Below, one piece after another: positions 18,141-27,203 of a DNA stretch of 32,000 nucleotides (its first letter is position 1; each line of letters starts with the position of its first letter). Source of the stretch: Mycolicibacterium smegmatis (GTDB lineage Bacteria > Actinomycetota > Actinomycetes > Mycobacteriales > Mycobacteriaceae). Location of the stretch: contig NZ_LN831039.1 of assembly GCF_001457595.1 (NCBI RefSeq), forward strand, positions 1,620,001 through 1,652,000. The letters run 5' to 3'. The notes under the pieces were generated by a model. The model worked only from the letters and a program-made list of their open reading frames with translations. It searched no databases and had not been told where the DNA came from. The translations under genes and the position numbers were made by a program.

Positions 18141-19636
18141 GCGAGGTGCACGCAGTGCCTGGTCGCACCGTCGCCGAGACGGCCGCCCTGGTGCGTTCGG
18201 GTGAGATGAGCGCCCACGCCGTCGTGCAGGAGGCCCTCGACCGGATCGAGGAGTGCGATGGTGCGCTCGGCGCGTTCGTCCACGTCGACGCCGAGGGCGC
18301 ACTGCAGCGGGCGAGCGCGGTCGACCGGCTGGTGGCAGACGGCATCGATCCCGGGCCGATGGCCGGAATCCCCTTGGGCGTCAAGGAACTTCATCCGGTG
18401 GACGGCTGGCCGTTCGCGATGGGCAGCACGCTGTACGCCGAGCGGATCGCCGACCACACCTGCACCCTGGTGCAACGTGCCGTCTCGGCGGGTGCGGTGC
18501 CCATCGGCGTGACGGCCTCACCGGAGTTCGGGCGGGCGTCTTTCACCGCGTCGGCCGTGCACGGCGTGACCCGCAATCCGTGGAATCTCGATCTCACCCC
18601 CGGCGGGTCGAGCGGGGGGTCGGCGGCCGCGGTGGCCGCGGGCATGGTGCCGATCGCTACGGGCACCGACGGTGCGGGCTCGTTGCGTATCCCGGCGTCG
18701 TACTGCGGTCTGGTGGGGTTCAAGGCCACATACGGCCTGGTCCCGCGCGGGCCCCGGCATGTCGGTGCGGCCGACAACGACCACTACGGCGTGCTCACAC
18801 GCACCGTGCGCGACACCGCCCGTTTTCTCGACTGCGTTTGTGGGATCGATCCGTTCGACCGGGCCTCACTGCCCGCGTCGACCCGGTTCGAAGACCACCT
18901 GACCGCCGATCTGCGTGGGCTTCGCGTCGCCTTCACACCCGATCTGGGCAATGCGCCCAGCGACACACAGGTCGTGGAGGTGGTGCGGACAGCGGCCGAG
19001 AAATTCGTCGCCGCCACCGGTGCCCAGTCGGTGCCCGCTCAAGTGTGCGTCGATCCGGACTGCGGCGCCGCCTACCGCACACTCTCGGCGCCCGACGTGC
19101 ACACACACCTACGTGATGCGCCGGCCGGGCGGAACATCCACCCGACGCTGCGCGGTTACCTGGACGCCGCGGGCGCCATGACCGCCGAGACGCTCGCCGA
19201 CGCCCACGAGGCACGCGCCCGTCTCGTCGCGACGATGGCCGAGGCATTCGAGCGTTTCGACCTGCTCCTGCTGCCCGCCACGCAGGTCCCGGCGTTCGCG
19301 GCCGAGGGTCCCATGCCCACCGAGATCGCGGGGCAGAAGGTGGACCACTGGGGTGCGTTGGCCGTGACCTTGCCGTTCAACCTGACCGGTCAGCCGGCCG
19401 TGTCGGTGCCGGCAGGCGTCGTCGGCGGTGCTCCGGTCGGCCTGCAGATCGTGGGCCGTCGTCACGCCGACGCACTGGTGCTCGCGGCCGCCTCGGCGGA
19501 TGCTGCGCTGACCTGCTGGTCGGACCGGTTCCGCGAATGTGAAACCGCTGCGAGAAAATGGCCGCTGGATCGCGCTGAGTTCACACTCGCGGCGCGGTTT
19601 CGCGTCAGGTTCACACTCGCGATCCCGGTCCGGTGA
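18137..19636 (+). CDS. Amidase signature family protein
   Basis: GTG start overlaps the upstream stop. Amidase signature GIPLGVKELHPVDGWPFAMGS, LTPGGSSGGSAAAVAAGMVPIATGTDGAGSLRIPASYCGLVGFKATYG. Confidence 0.94.
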   Translation: MSEVHAVPGRTVAETAALVRSGEMSAHAVVQEALDRIEECDGALGAFVHVDAEGALQRASAVDRLVADGIDPGPMAGIPLGVKELHPVDGWPFAMGSTLYAERIADHTCTLVQRAVSAGAVPIGVTASPEFGRASFTASAVHGVTRNPWNLDLTPGGSSGGSAAAVAAGMVPIATGTDGAGSLRIPASYCGLVGFKATYGLVPRGPRHVGAADNDHYGVLTRTVRDTARFLDCVCGIDPFDRASLPASTRFEDHLTADLRGLRVAFTPDLGNAPSDTQVVEVVRTAAEKFVAATGAQSVPAQVCVDPDCGAAYRTLSAPDVHTHLRDAPAGRNIHPTLRGYLDAAGAMTAETLADAHEARARLVATMAEAFERFDLLLLPATQVPAFAAEGPMPTEIAGQKVDHWGALAVTLPFNLTGQPAVSVPAGVVGGAPVGLQIVGRRHADALVLAAASADAALTCWSDRFRECETAARKWPLDRAEFTLAARFRVRFTLAIPVR

Positions 19637-19655
19637 GGCCCGGTCGAGCAGCGAT

Positions 19656-19684
19656 TTGGAGCATTGGGCGAGCTCACCTAGTAT
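19656..19684 (+). promoter_or_regulatory. Candidate sigma-A-type promoter for the spc ribosomal cluster
   Basis: TTGGAG (19656-19661), 17 nt spacer, TAGTAT (19679-19684), followed by a ~135 nt leader before rplN. Confidence 0.5.
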
Positions 19685-19825
19685 GTAGGGGTTGCCTTGG
19701 GCAGACCTTGGCTGGTTGATGCTGTTTTCGCAGACTCAGACAGCCTCGCGTGCCTTTAGGGGACAAAGACCGCGCACGTCCAGGTCGGTATCTGGCGTGC
19801 ATACAAAACCAGGTCAGGAGATCGA

Positions 19826-20194
19826 GTGATTCAGCAGGAATCGCGGTTGAAGGTCGCCGACAACACGGGCGCCAAGGAGATCTTGTGCATCCGCGTTCTC
19901 GGTGGCTCGTCGCGGCGCTACGCCGGAATCGGCGATGTCATCGTGGCGACCGTCAAGGACGCCATCCCGGGCGGCAACGTCAAGCGTGGCGATGTCGTCA
20001 AGGCCGTCGTGGTCCGCACCGTCAAGGAGCGGCGTCGTGCTGACGGCAGCTATATCAAGTTCGATGAGAACGCCGCCGTCATCATCAAGAACGACAACGA
20101 TCCGCGCGGCACGCGCATCTTCGGCCCCGTGGGCCGCGAACTGCGCGAGAAGAAGTTCATGAAGATCGTCTCGCTTGCCCCGGAGGTGCTGTAA
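19826..20194 (+). CDS. rplN: 50S ribosomal protein L14
   Basis: [50 protein letters not shown]...; GTG start with AGGAG upstream. Confidence 0.98.
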
Positions 20195-20512
20195 ATGAAG
20201 GTGCACAAGGGTGACACCGTCCTGGTGATCTCTGGCAAGGACAAGGGCGCCAAGGGCAAGGTGCTGGTCGCCTACCCCGACCGCAACAAGGTCCTGGTCG
20301 AAGGCGTGAACCGGATCAAGAAGCACACCGCTGTCTCGGCCAACGAACGCGGCGCCTCGTCGGGTGGCATCGTCACCCAGGAAGCGCCCATCCACGTCTC
20401 GAACGTGATGGTGGTCGATTCCGACGGCAAGCCGACCCGTGTCGGATACCGCATTGACGACGAGACCGGCAAGAAGGTCCGCATCGCCAAGACCAACGGC
20501 AAGGACATCTGA
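20195..20512 (+). CDS. rplX: 50S ribosomal protein L24
   Basis: [39 protein letters not shown]. Confidence 0.98.
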
Positions 20513-21075
20513 TGACTACCACTGAAAAGGCTCTGCCCCGGCTCAAGCAGCGCTACCGCGAAGAGATCCGCGAAGCGCTCCAGCAGGAGTTCAACTACGC
20601 CAACGTCATGCAGATCCCCGGCGTCGTCAAGGTCGTCGTCAACATGGGTGTCGGTGACGCCGCCCGCGACGCCAAGCTGATCAACGGTGCGATCAACGAC
20701 CTCGCGCTGATCACCGGCCAGAAGCCGGAGGTTCGCCGGGCCCGCAAGTCGATCGCGCAGTTCAAGCTGCGTGAAGGCATGCCGATCGGTGCGCGCGTCA
20801 CGCTGCGCGGCGACCGGATGTGGGAGTTCCTCGACCGGCTCATCTCGATCGCGCTGCCGCGTATCCGCGACTTCCGCGGTCTGTCGCCCAAGCAGTTCGA
20901 CGGCACGGGCAACTACACCTTCGGGCTGAACGAGCAGTCGATGTTCCACGAGATCGACGTGGACAGCATCGACCGGCCGCGCGGCATGGACATCACCGTC
21001 GTCACCACGGCGACGAACGACGCTGAAGGCCGCGCGCTGCTGCGGGCGCTGGGCTTCCCGTTCAAGGAGAACTGA
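20512..21075 (+). CDS. rplE: 50S ribosomal protein L5
   Basis: [43 protein letters not shown]. Confidence 0.98.
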
Positions 21076-21078
21076 GCT

Positions 21079-21264
21079 ATGGCAAAGAAGGCGCTGGTCC
21101 ACAAGGCCAACAAGAAGCCCAAGTTCGCGGTCCGCGCGTACACGCGGTGCAACAAGTGCGGTCGCCCGCACTCGGTCTACCGCAAGTTCGGGTTGTGCCG
21201 CATCTGCCTGCGCGAGATGGCGCACGCGGGTGAGCTCCCCGGCGTGCAGAAGTCCAGCTGGTAA
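21079..21264 (+). CDS. rpsN: 30S ribosomal protein S14, zinc-binding (type Z)
   Basis: [61 protein letters not shown] with two CxxC. Confidence 0.97.
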
Positions 21265-21362
21265 CAGCTGCGCGGCGCGCACAACCCCATACAGACCCAA
21301 CCAAACAGATTGCGGCAGGCCCCTTATGAGGGAACCGTCGCGAGGAAGGTGAGCCGGTTGTC

Positions 21363-21761
21363 ATGACGATGACTGACCCGATCGCAGACTTCTTGACACG
21401 TCTGCGCAACGCCAATTCGGCGTATCACGATGAGGTGACTCTGCCCCACTCGAAGCTCAAGGCGAACATCGCCGAGATCTTGAAGCGTGAGGGCTACATC
21501 TCCGATTACCGCACCGAGGATGCTCGGGTCGGAAAGTCGCTGGTGGTGCAGCTCAAGTACGGCCCCAGCCGTGAGCGCAGCATCGCCGGCCTGCGACGGG
21601 TTTCCAAGCCCGGTCTGCGGGTCTACGCGAAATCCACCAACCTGCCCCGTGTGCTCGGCGGCCTCGGCGTGGCGATCATCTCCACGTCCTCCGGCCTGCT
21701 CACCGATCGCCAGGCAGCACGACAGGGCGTGGGCGGCGAAGTCCTCGCGTACGTGTGGTGA
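21363..21761 (+). CDS. rpsH: 30S ribosomal protein S8
   Basis: [46 protein letters not shown]...[26 protein letters not shown]. Confidence 0.98.
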
Positions 21762-21775
21762 GAGGTAGATAAGAC

Positions 21776-22315
21776 ATGTCGCGTATTGGAAAGCAGCCGG
21801 TTCCGGTTCCCTCCGGGGTCGATGTGACCATCAACGGTCAGAATCTGTCGGTCAAGGGCCCCAAGGGCACCCTGACCCTGGACGTCGCAGAGCCCATCTC
21901 GGTCTCGCGTGCCGAGGACGGCGCCATCGTGGTGACCCGTCCCGACGATGAGCGGCGCAGCCGCAGCCTTCACGGGCTGTCGCGCACGCTGATCGCCAAC
22001 CTGGTGACCGGTGTCACCGAGGGGTACACGCAGAAGATGGAGATCTTCGGCGTCGGTTACCGCGTGCAGCTCAAGGGCCAGAACCTGGAGTTCGCGCTGG
22101 GCTACAGCCATCCCGTCCTGATCGAGGCGCCCGAGGGCATCACCTTCGCGGTGGAGTCGCCGACGAAGTTCTCGGTGTCGGGCATCGACAAGCAGAAAGT
22201 CGGACAGATCTCGGCGGTCATCCGTCGCCTGCGCCGTCCCGACCCGTACAAGGGCAAGGGCGTGCGTTACGAGGGTGAGCAGATCCGCCGCAAGGTCGGA
22301 AAGACAGGTAAGTAA
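21776..22315 (+). CDS. rplF: 50S ribosomal protein L6
   Basis: [33 protein letters not shown]... [24 protein letters not shown]. Confidence 0.98.
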
Positions 22316-22318
22316 GCA

Positions 22319-22726
22319 ATGGCTACCAAGACTGAAGGCACCGTGGCTCACAAGCCGGTCGGCCAGAACATCTCCGAGGTTCGCCGCAACGCACGGCTGC
22401 GTCGCCACGCACGCCTGCGCAAGAAGGTCGCCGGCACCGCCGAGGTGCCCCGCCTGGTGGTGAACCGGTCGGCTCGCCACATCCACGTCCAGCTGGTCAA
22501 CGACCTCAACGGCACCACCTTGGCCGCGGCGTCGTCGATCGAGGCCGATGTGCGCGCCATCGATGGCGACAAGAAGGCCCACAGCGTTCGGGTCGGTCAG
22601 CTGATCGCCGAGCGTGCCAAGGCAGCCGGGGTCGAGACCGTCGTGTTCGACCGCGGTGGCTACACCTACGGCGGCCGCATCGCTGCGCTGGCAGACGCCG
22701 CGCGTGAGGCAGGGCTGAAATTCTGA
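22319..22726 (+). CDS. rplR: 50S ribosomal protein L18
   Basis: [42 protein letters not shown]...[26 protein letters not shown]. Confidence 0.98.
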
Positions 22727-22748
22727 TGACCGGCAACGAGAGGACTGC

Positions 22749-23396
22749 ATGATGGCCGAGCAGGCTGGCGCCGGTTCGGCGCAGGACAATCGCGGTGGCC
22801 GTGGCCGCCGTGACGACCGTGGCGGCCGTGGCCGCGACGGTGGTGACAAGAGCAACTACATCGAACGCGTGGTGTCGATCAACCGGGTTTCCAAGGTCGT
22901 CAAGGGCGGCCGCCGGTTCAGCTTCACCGCGCTGGTGATCGTCGGCGACGGCAAAGGCATGGTCGGCGTCGGTTACGGCAAGGCCAAGGAAGTTCCGGCC
23001 GCCATCGCCAAGGGTGTCGAAGAAGCTCGTAAGAACTTCTTCCGGGTGCCGCTCATCGGCAGCACCATCACCCACCCGGTTCAGGGCGAGGCCGCTGCCG
23101 GTGTCGTGATGCTGCGCCCGGCCAGCCCGGGTACCGGTGTGATCGCCGGCGGTGCCGCTCGTGCGGTGCTGGAGTGCGCGGGCGTGCACGACATCCTGGC
23201 CAAGTCGCTGGGCAGCGACAACGCGATCAACGTGGTTCACGCCACCGTTGCCGCGCTGAAGCTGCTGCAGCGGCCCGAGGAAGTGGCGGCCCGTCGCGGT
23301 CTGCCCATCGAGGACGTTGCGCCGGCCGGCATGCTGAAGGCCCGGCGCGAGAGCGAAGCGCTGGCCGCCGCGGCTGCGCGTGAGGGATCGGCATAA
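22749..23396 (+). CDS. rpsE: 30S ribosomal protein S5
   Basis: [51 protein letters not shown]; RGG-rich N-terminus. Confidence 0.98.
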
Positions 23397-23398
23397 CC

Positions 23399-23584
23399 AT
23401 GGCAGAGCTGAAGATCACCCAGGTGCGTAGCACCATCGGGGCGCGCTGGAAGCAGCGTGAGAGCCTGCGGACCCTGGGCCTCAAGAAGATCCGCCAGTCG
23501 GTGGTGCGTGAGGACAACGCCCAGACCCGTGGCCTCATCAATACCGTTCACCACCTCGTTGAAGTAGAGGAGGTTGGCAAGTGA
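23399..23584 (+). CDS. rpmD: 50S ribosomal protein L30
   Basis: [59 protein letters not shown]. Confidence 0.98.
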
Positions 23585-24024
23585 GCGTCATCAAGCTGCA
23601 CGACCTGAGGCCGGCTCCCGGAGAGAAGAAGGCCAAGACCCGCGTCGGTCGTGGTGAGGGCTCGAAGGGTAAGACCGCAGGCCGTGGTACCAAGGGCACG
23701 AAGGCCCGCAAGAACGTCCCCGTGATGTTCGAGGGCGGCCAGATGCCGATCCACATGCGGCTCCCGAAGCTCAAGGGCTTCAAGAACCGCTTCCGCACCG
23801 AGTACGAGGTCGTCAACGTCGGCGACATCAACAAGGCCTTCCCGCAGGGTGGCACGGTTGGTGTCGACGAGCTGGTGGCCAAGGGCCTGGTTCGCAAGAA
23901 CAGCCTGGTCAAGGTTCTCGGCGACGGCAAGCTGACCGTCAAGGTCGACGTGACCGCCAACAAGTTCAGCGGTAGCGCCCGCGAGGCGATCACCGCGGCC
24001 GGCGGTTCGGCCACCGAACTCTGA
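23581..24024 (+). CDS. rplO: 50S ribosomal protein L15
   Basis: [43 protein letters not shown]; GTG start overlapping the rpmD stop. Confidence 0.98.
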
Positions 24025-24047
24025 GTTCGCTGCACAAGCACCAAGGA

Positions 24048-24086
24048 CTGCCCCTTCTCTTCGGAAAGGGGCAGTTCTCTTTTTTC
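24048..24086 (+). terminator. Rho-independent terminator after the spc cluster
   Basis: Perfect 9-bp stem CTGCCCCTT-ctcttcgga-AAGGGGCAG (24048-24074) followed by TTCTCTTTTTTC. Confidence 0.9.
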
Positions 24087-24093
24087 TGGCCAG

Positions 24094-25020
24094 CTAGGCG
24101 AGCTGGGGGATGACCTCGGCGGCGAGGCGCTCCATCTGCTCGCGATCCTCGGCGACGTCGGCACCTGTCGGGTTGAGCAGGACCGTCTGCGCACCGGCTT
24201 CGATCACCTCGCGTAGCCCGCGCACCACCTCGCCGGGTGTGCCCGCGACGGCCACGTCCGCGTAATCGGCCTTCGGCCCGTAGATCCGGCGCAGACCCTC
24301 GGCCACGCGCTCGCGTGCACGTGCGCCGTCGTCGTCGACGATGAGATAGACGCGCTTGCCGATCCGGAAGCTCTGCGGATCCTTGCCCTGCTTGTCGAGT
24401 TCTTCCCGCACGATGCGCACAGCCTCGGCGAAGTGCGCGGTGGTCGACGAGCCGGCACCCAGGAACGCGTCGCCGAGGCGTACGGCCCGCGCGAGCGCCT
24501 TGGGGGCGTTGGCGCCGAACCAGATCGGCGGGTGCGGACGCTGGACGGGCGTCGGTGTGATGGGCAGACCATCCACGTCGCGGAAGCGTCCGTGGAATGT
24601 CACGCGGGGCTCGTCGGACCACGCGGCCTTCATGAGAGCCAGACCCTCGGTGAAGTTGGCGATGAACGTCGACGGGTCGACACCGAACGCGCGGAACTGA
24701 CGCGACCCGCCACCGGGGGCGACACCGACATCCAGCCGCCCGTGGCTCAGCCGATCGACGGCAGTGATCGACGATGCCAGCTGCAGAGGGTCGTGCAGCG
24801 AGGTCACCAGGACCGCGACGCCCAGGCGCAGCCGCGTGGTGACCGCCGCCGCGTACGACAGCAATTCCAGGGGCGCGATGAGCGGCGCGTGGCCGACGGT
24901 CTGCTCCAGGGTCCACCCGCCTTCGAACCCGAGCTCCTCGGCGCGGGTCAGGTAGTTCTTGACGCCGGAGGCGTCGAACCGGCCGGTGTCGAGCTGCGGT
25001 ATCGAGATCGAGAAGGTCAC
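24094..25020 (-). CDS. LLM-class (luciferase-like) F420-dependent oxidoreductase
   Basis: TFSISIPQLDTGRFDASGVKNYLTRAEELGFEGGWTLEQTVG... RLRLGVAVLVTSLHDPLQLASSITAVDRLSHGRLDVGVAPGG; GTG start at 25020 preferred. Confidence 0.88.
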   Translation of the reverse strand: MTFSISIPQLDTGRFDASGVKNYLTRAEELGFEGGWTLEQTVGHAPLIAPLELLSYAAAVTTRLRLGVAVLVTSLHDPLQLASSITAVDRLSHGRLDVGVAPGGGSRQFRAFGVDPSTFIANFTEGLALMKAAWSDEPRVTFHGRFRDVDGLPITPTPVQRPHPPIWFGANAPKALARAVRLGDAFLGAGSSTTAHFAEAVRIVREELDKQGKDPQSFRIGKRVYLIVDDDGARARERVAEGLRRIYGPKADYADVAVAGTPGEVVRGLREVIEAGAQTVLLNPTGADVAEDREQMERLAAEVIPQLA

Positions 25021-25192
25021 CCGTCCCACGGTACGACGCGATGCTGTGAGTGTGGCACGCATGTGAAAAGTCATGGCAGCGTGTGTGTTCCGGCGGTGGC
25101 ATTCGCGGCTGTGCCGCGAGGCTGTAGTTGCCGTGGTGCGTTCTCGCACTTCTTCACGGCAACCACAGCCTCGGCGTCGGTAGGCTCGGGCC

Positions 25193-26977
25193 ATGTTCGG
25201 TTTTCTCCCAGGAATCCCCGGCCAGGACGACCTGCGGGCGCTGGTGCGCCGCGTCGACACCGCACGGCACAACGGCGTGCCCGACGGCTGTGTGCTCGAA
25301 CTCGACCTCATGTCGATCCCGCCCGAGACCACTGGCTTCGATCCGCTGGCGATGATCGCCGGCGGCGGGCGGCCGCTGGTGCTGCGCCAGGCCGTCGCGG
25401 CGATCCACCGTGCCGCCGAGGACGACCGTGTGGCCGGCCTGATCGCGCGCGTGCAACTGCCCGCGGCCGCGCCTGGGCCCGTGCAGGAGTTGCGGGACGC
25501 GATCGTGGCGTTCGGCGAGAGCAAGCCGACGGTGGCCTGGGCCGAGACCTATCCCGGCACCATGTCCTACTACCTGGCCTCGGCGTTCCGCGAGATCTGG
25601 ATGCAACCGGCCGGATCGGTGGGGCTCGTCGGGTTCGCGACGAACGCGACGTTCCTGCGTGATGCGCTCGACAAAGCCGGCATCGAGGCGCAGTTCATCG
25701 CACGCGGTGAATACAAGTCCGCGGCAAACGTTTTCACCGAGGGCTCCTACACCGAACCCCATCGTGAGGCCGACGCCCGGCTGATCGAGAGCCTGCAGGA
25801 GCAGGTGTGGCAGGGCATCGCGCAGTCGCGCGGTCTCGACCAGGGCACCATCAACACACTCGCCGACCAGGCGCCGTTGTTGCGTGAGGCCGCGGTCACC
25901 GCAGGACTGGTGGACCGCATCGGATTCCGCGACGAGGCCTACAAGCGGATCGGCGAACTCGCCGGTGGACCCGAGAACACCGACGCCGACGACGATGACG
26001 CACCACCGCGACTGTTCCTGTCGCGCTACGCGAAAGCCACCGCACCCAAACCCGCCCCGCAGCTTCCTTCGCTGCCCGGGCGCAAGAGCAAGCCGACGAT
26101 CGCGGTGGTGACCCTGCACGGCGCGATCGTCAGCGGTCGCGGTGGTCCGCAACCGCTGCCGTTCGGCCGCTCCAGCGCCGGGGGCGACACCATCGCCGCG
26201 GCCCTGCGCGAAGCCGCCGCCAACGACGACGTGGCCGCGGTGGTTCTCCGGGTGGACAGTCCGGGAGGATCGGTGACCGGATCGGAAACCGTGTGGCGCG
26301 AGGTCATCCGGACTCGGGACGCGGGCAAACCCGTGGTGGCGTCCATGGGCGCCGTCGCGGCATCAGGCGGATACTACGTGTCGATGGCGGCCGACGAGAT
26401 CGTCGCCAATGCGGGCACGATCACCGGATCAATCGGTGTGCTGACCGGGAAATTCGTGTCGCGCGAGCTGAAAGACAAGCTCGGTGTGGGATCAGATGCG
26501 GTGCGCACCAACGCAAATGCCGATGCGTGGTCGACCAATGCACCGTTCACCGACGAGCAGCACGCACGAGTCGCGGCCGAGGCCGATCTGCTGTACCGCG
26601 ATTTCGTCGAACGCGCGGCCGATGGGCGGAAGTTGCCGATCGAGGAGATGGAATCGCTTGCGCGAGGCCGTGTCTGGACCGGTTCGGACGCCAAGGAGCG
26701 AGGTCTGGTCGACCATCTCGGTGGGCTGCGTGCGGCGGTGACGCGCGCCAAGGTGCTCGCCGGTTTCGACGAGGACGCCGACGCGCGCGTGGTGGCGTAT
26801 CCGGGCTCGTCGTGGTTGGACATGTTGCGGCCCAAGCCGTCTTCGCAACCGGCGGCCGCGTCGCTGCCGGAGGCTCTCGCCGCGTTGCTCGGCAAATCGG
26901 TGATCGGTGTGCTCGATCAGGCGGAACGATCCATGACGGGTGCGAGTGCATTGTGGCTGGGGGAGTACCGCTTCTGA
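25193..26977 (+). CDS. sppA: Signal peptide peptidase SppA, 67K type
   Basis: Two ClpP/crotonase-like halves: MSYYLASAFREIWMQPAGSVGLVGF...ARGEYKSAAN (Lys region), VVASMGAVAASGGYYVSMAADEIVANAGTITGSIGV (Ser region). Confidence 0.93.
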   Translation: MFGFLPGIPGQDDLRALVRRVDTARHNGVPDGCVLELDLMSIPPETTGFDPLAMIAGGGRPLVLRQAVAAIHRAAEDDRVAGLIARVQLPAAAPGPVQELRDAIVAFGESKPTVAWAETYPGTMSYYLASAFREIWMQPAGSVGLVGFATNATFLRDALDKAGIEAQFIARGEYKSAANVFTEGSYTEPHREADARLIESLQEQVWQGIAQSRGLDQGTINTLADQAPLLREAAVTAGLVDRIGFRDEAYKRIGELAGGPENTDADDDDAPPRLFLSRYAKATAPKPAPQLPSLPGRKSKPTIAVVTLHGAIVSGRGGPQPLPFGRSSAGGDTIAAALREAAANDDVAAVVLRVDSPGGSVTGSETVWREVIRTRDAGKPVVASMGAVAASGGYYVSMAADEIVANAGTITGSIGVLTGKFVSRELKDKLGVGSDAVRTNANADAWSTNAPFTDEQHARVAAEADLLYRDFVERAADGRKLPIEEMESLARGRVWTGSDAKERGLVDHLGGLRAAVTRAKVLAGFDEDADARVVAYPGSSWLDMLRPKPSSQPAAASLPEALAALLGKSVIGVLDQAERSMTGASALWLGEYRF

Positions 26978-27203
26978 TGAGATTTCTGACGAGATCCTGA
27001 GAATTTTCCCGGTACGGTCCACGCGGGAGTGCATCAACGAAGGTGGCACTCCATGTGTAATTTCATCCGTCAAGGGGTAACCTCACCCCCGCACGAGATG
27101 GAAAGCCAACAACTACGGTCTCGTCCTACTGGGCTGATCTTGAATCGGCTTGGCGCCCTGTTATTTACGGGGGCGCAAGGGCGTCAGACACGAGGAGGGG
27201 CCC

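Noticed and set aside
4455-19636. Prophage, integrative element or transposon explanation for the island
   Set aside because: No integrase, transposase, tRNA attachment site or long terminal repeats were seen; island status rests only on gene content and position.
21623-22855. 410-aa minus-strand ORF opposite rpsH-rplF-rplR-rpsE
   Set aside because: Fully explained as the antisense of conserved ribosomal protein genes.
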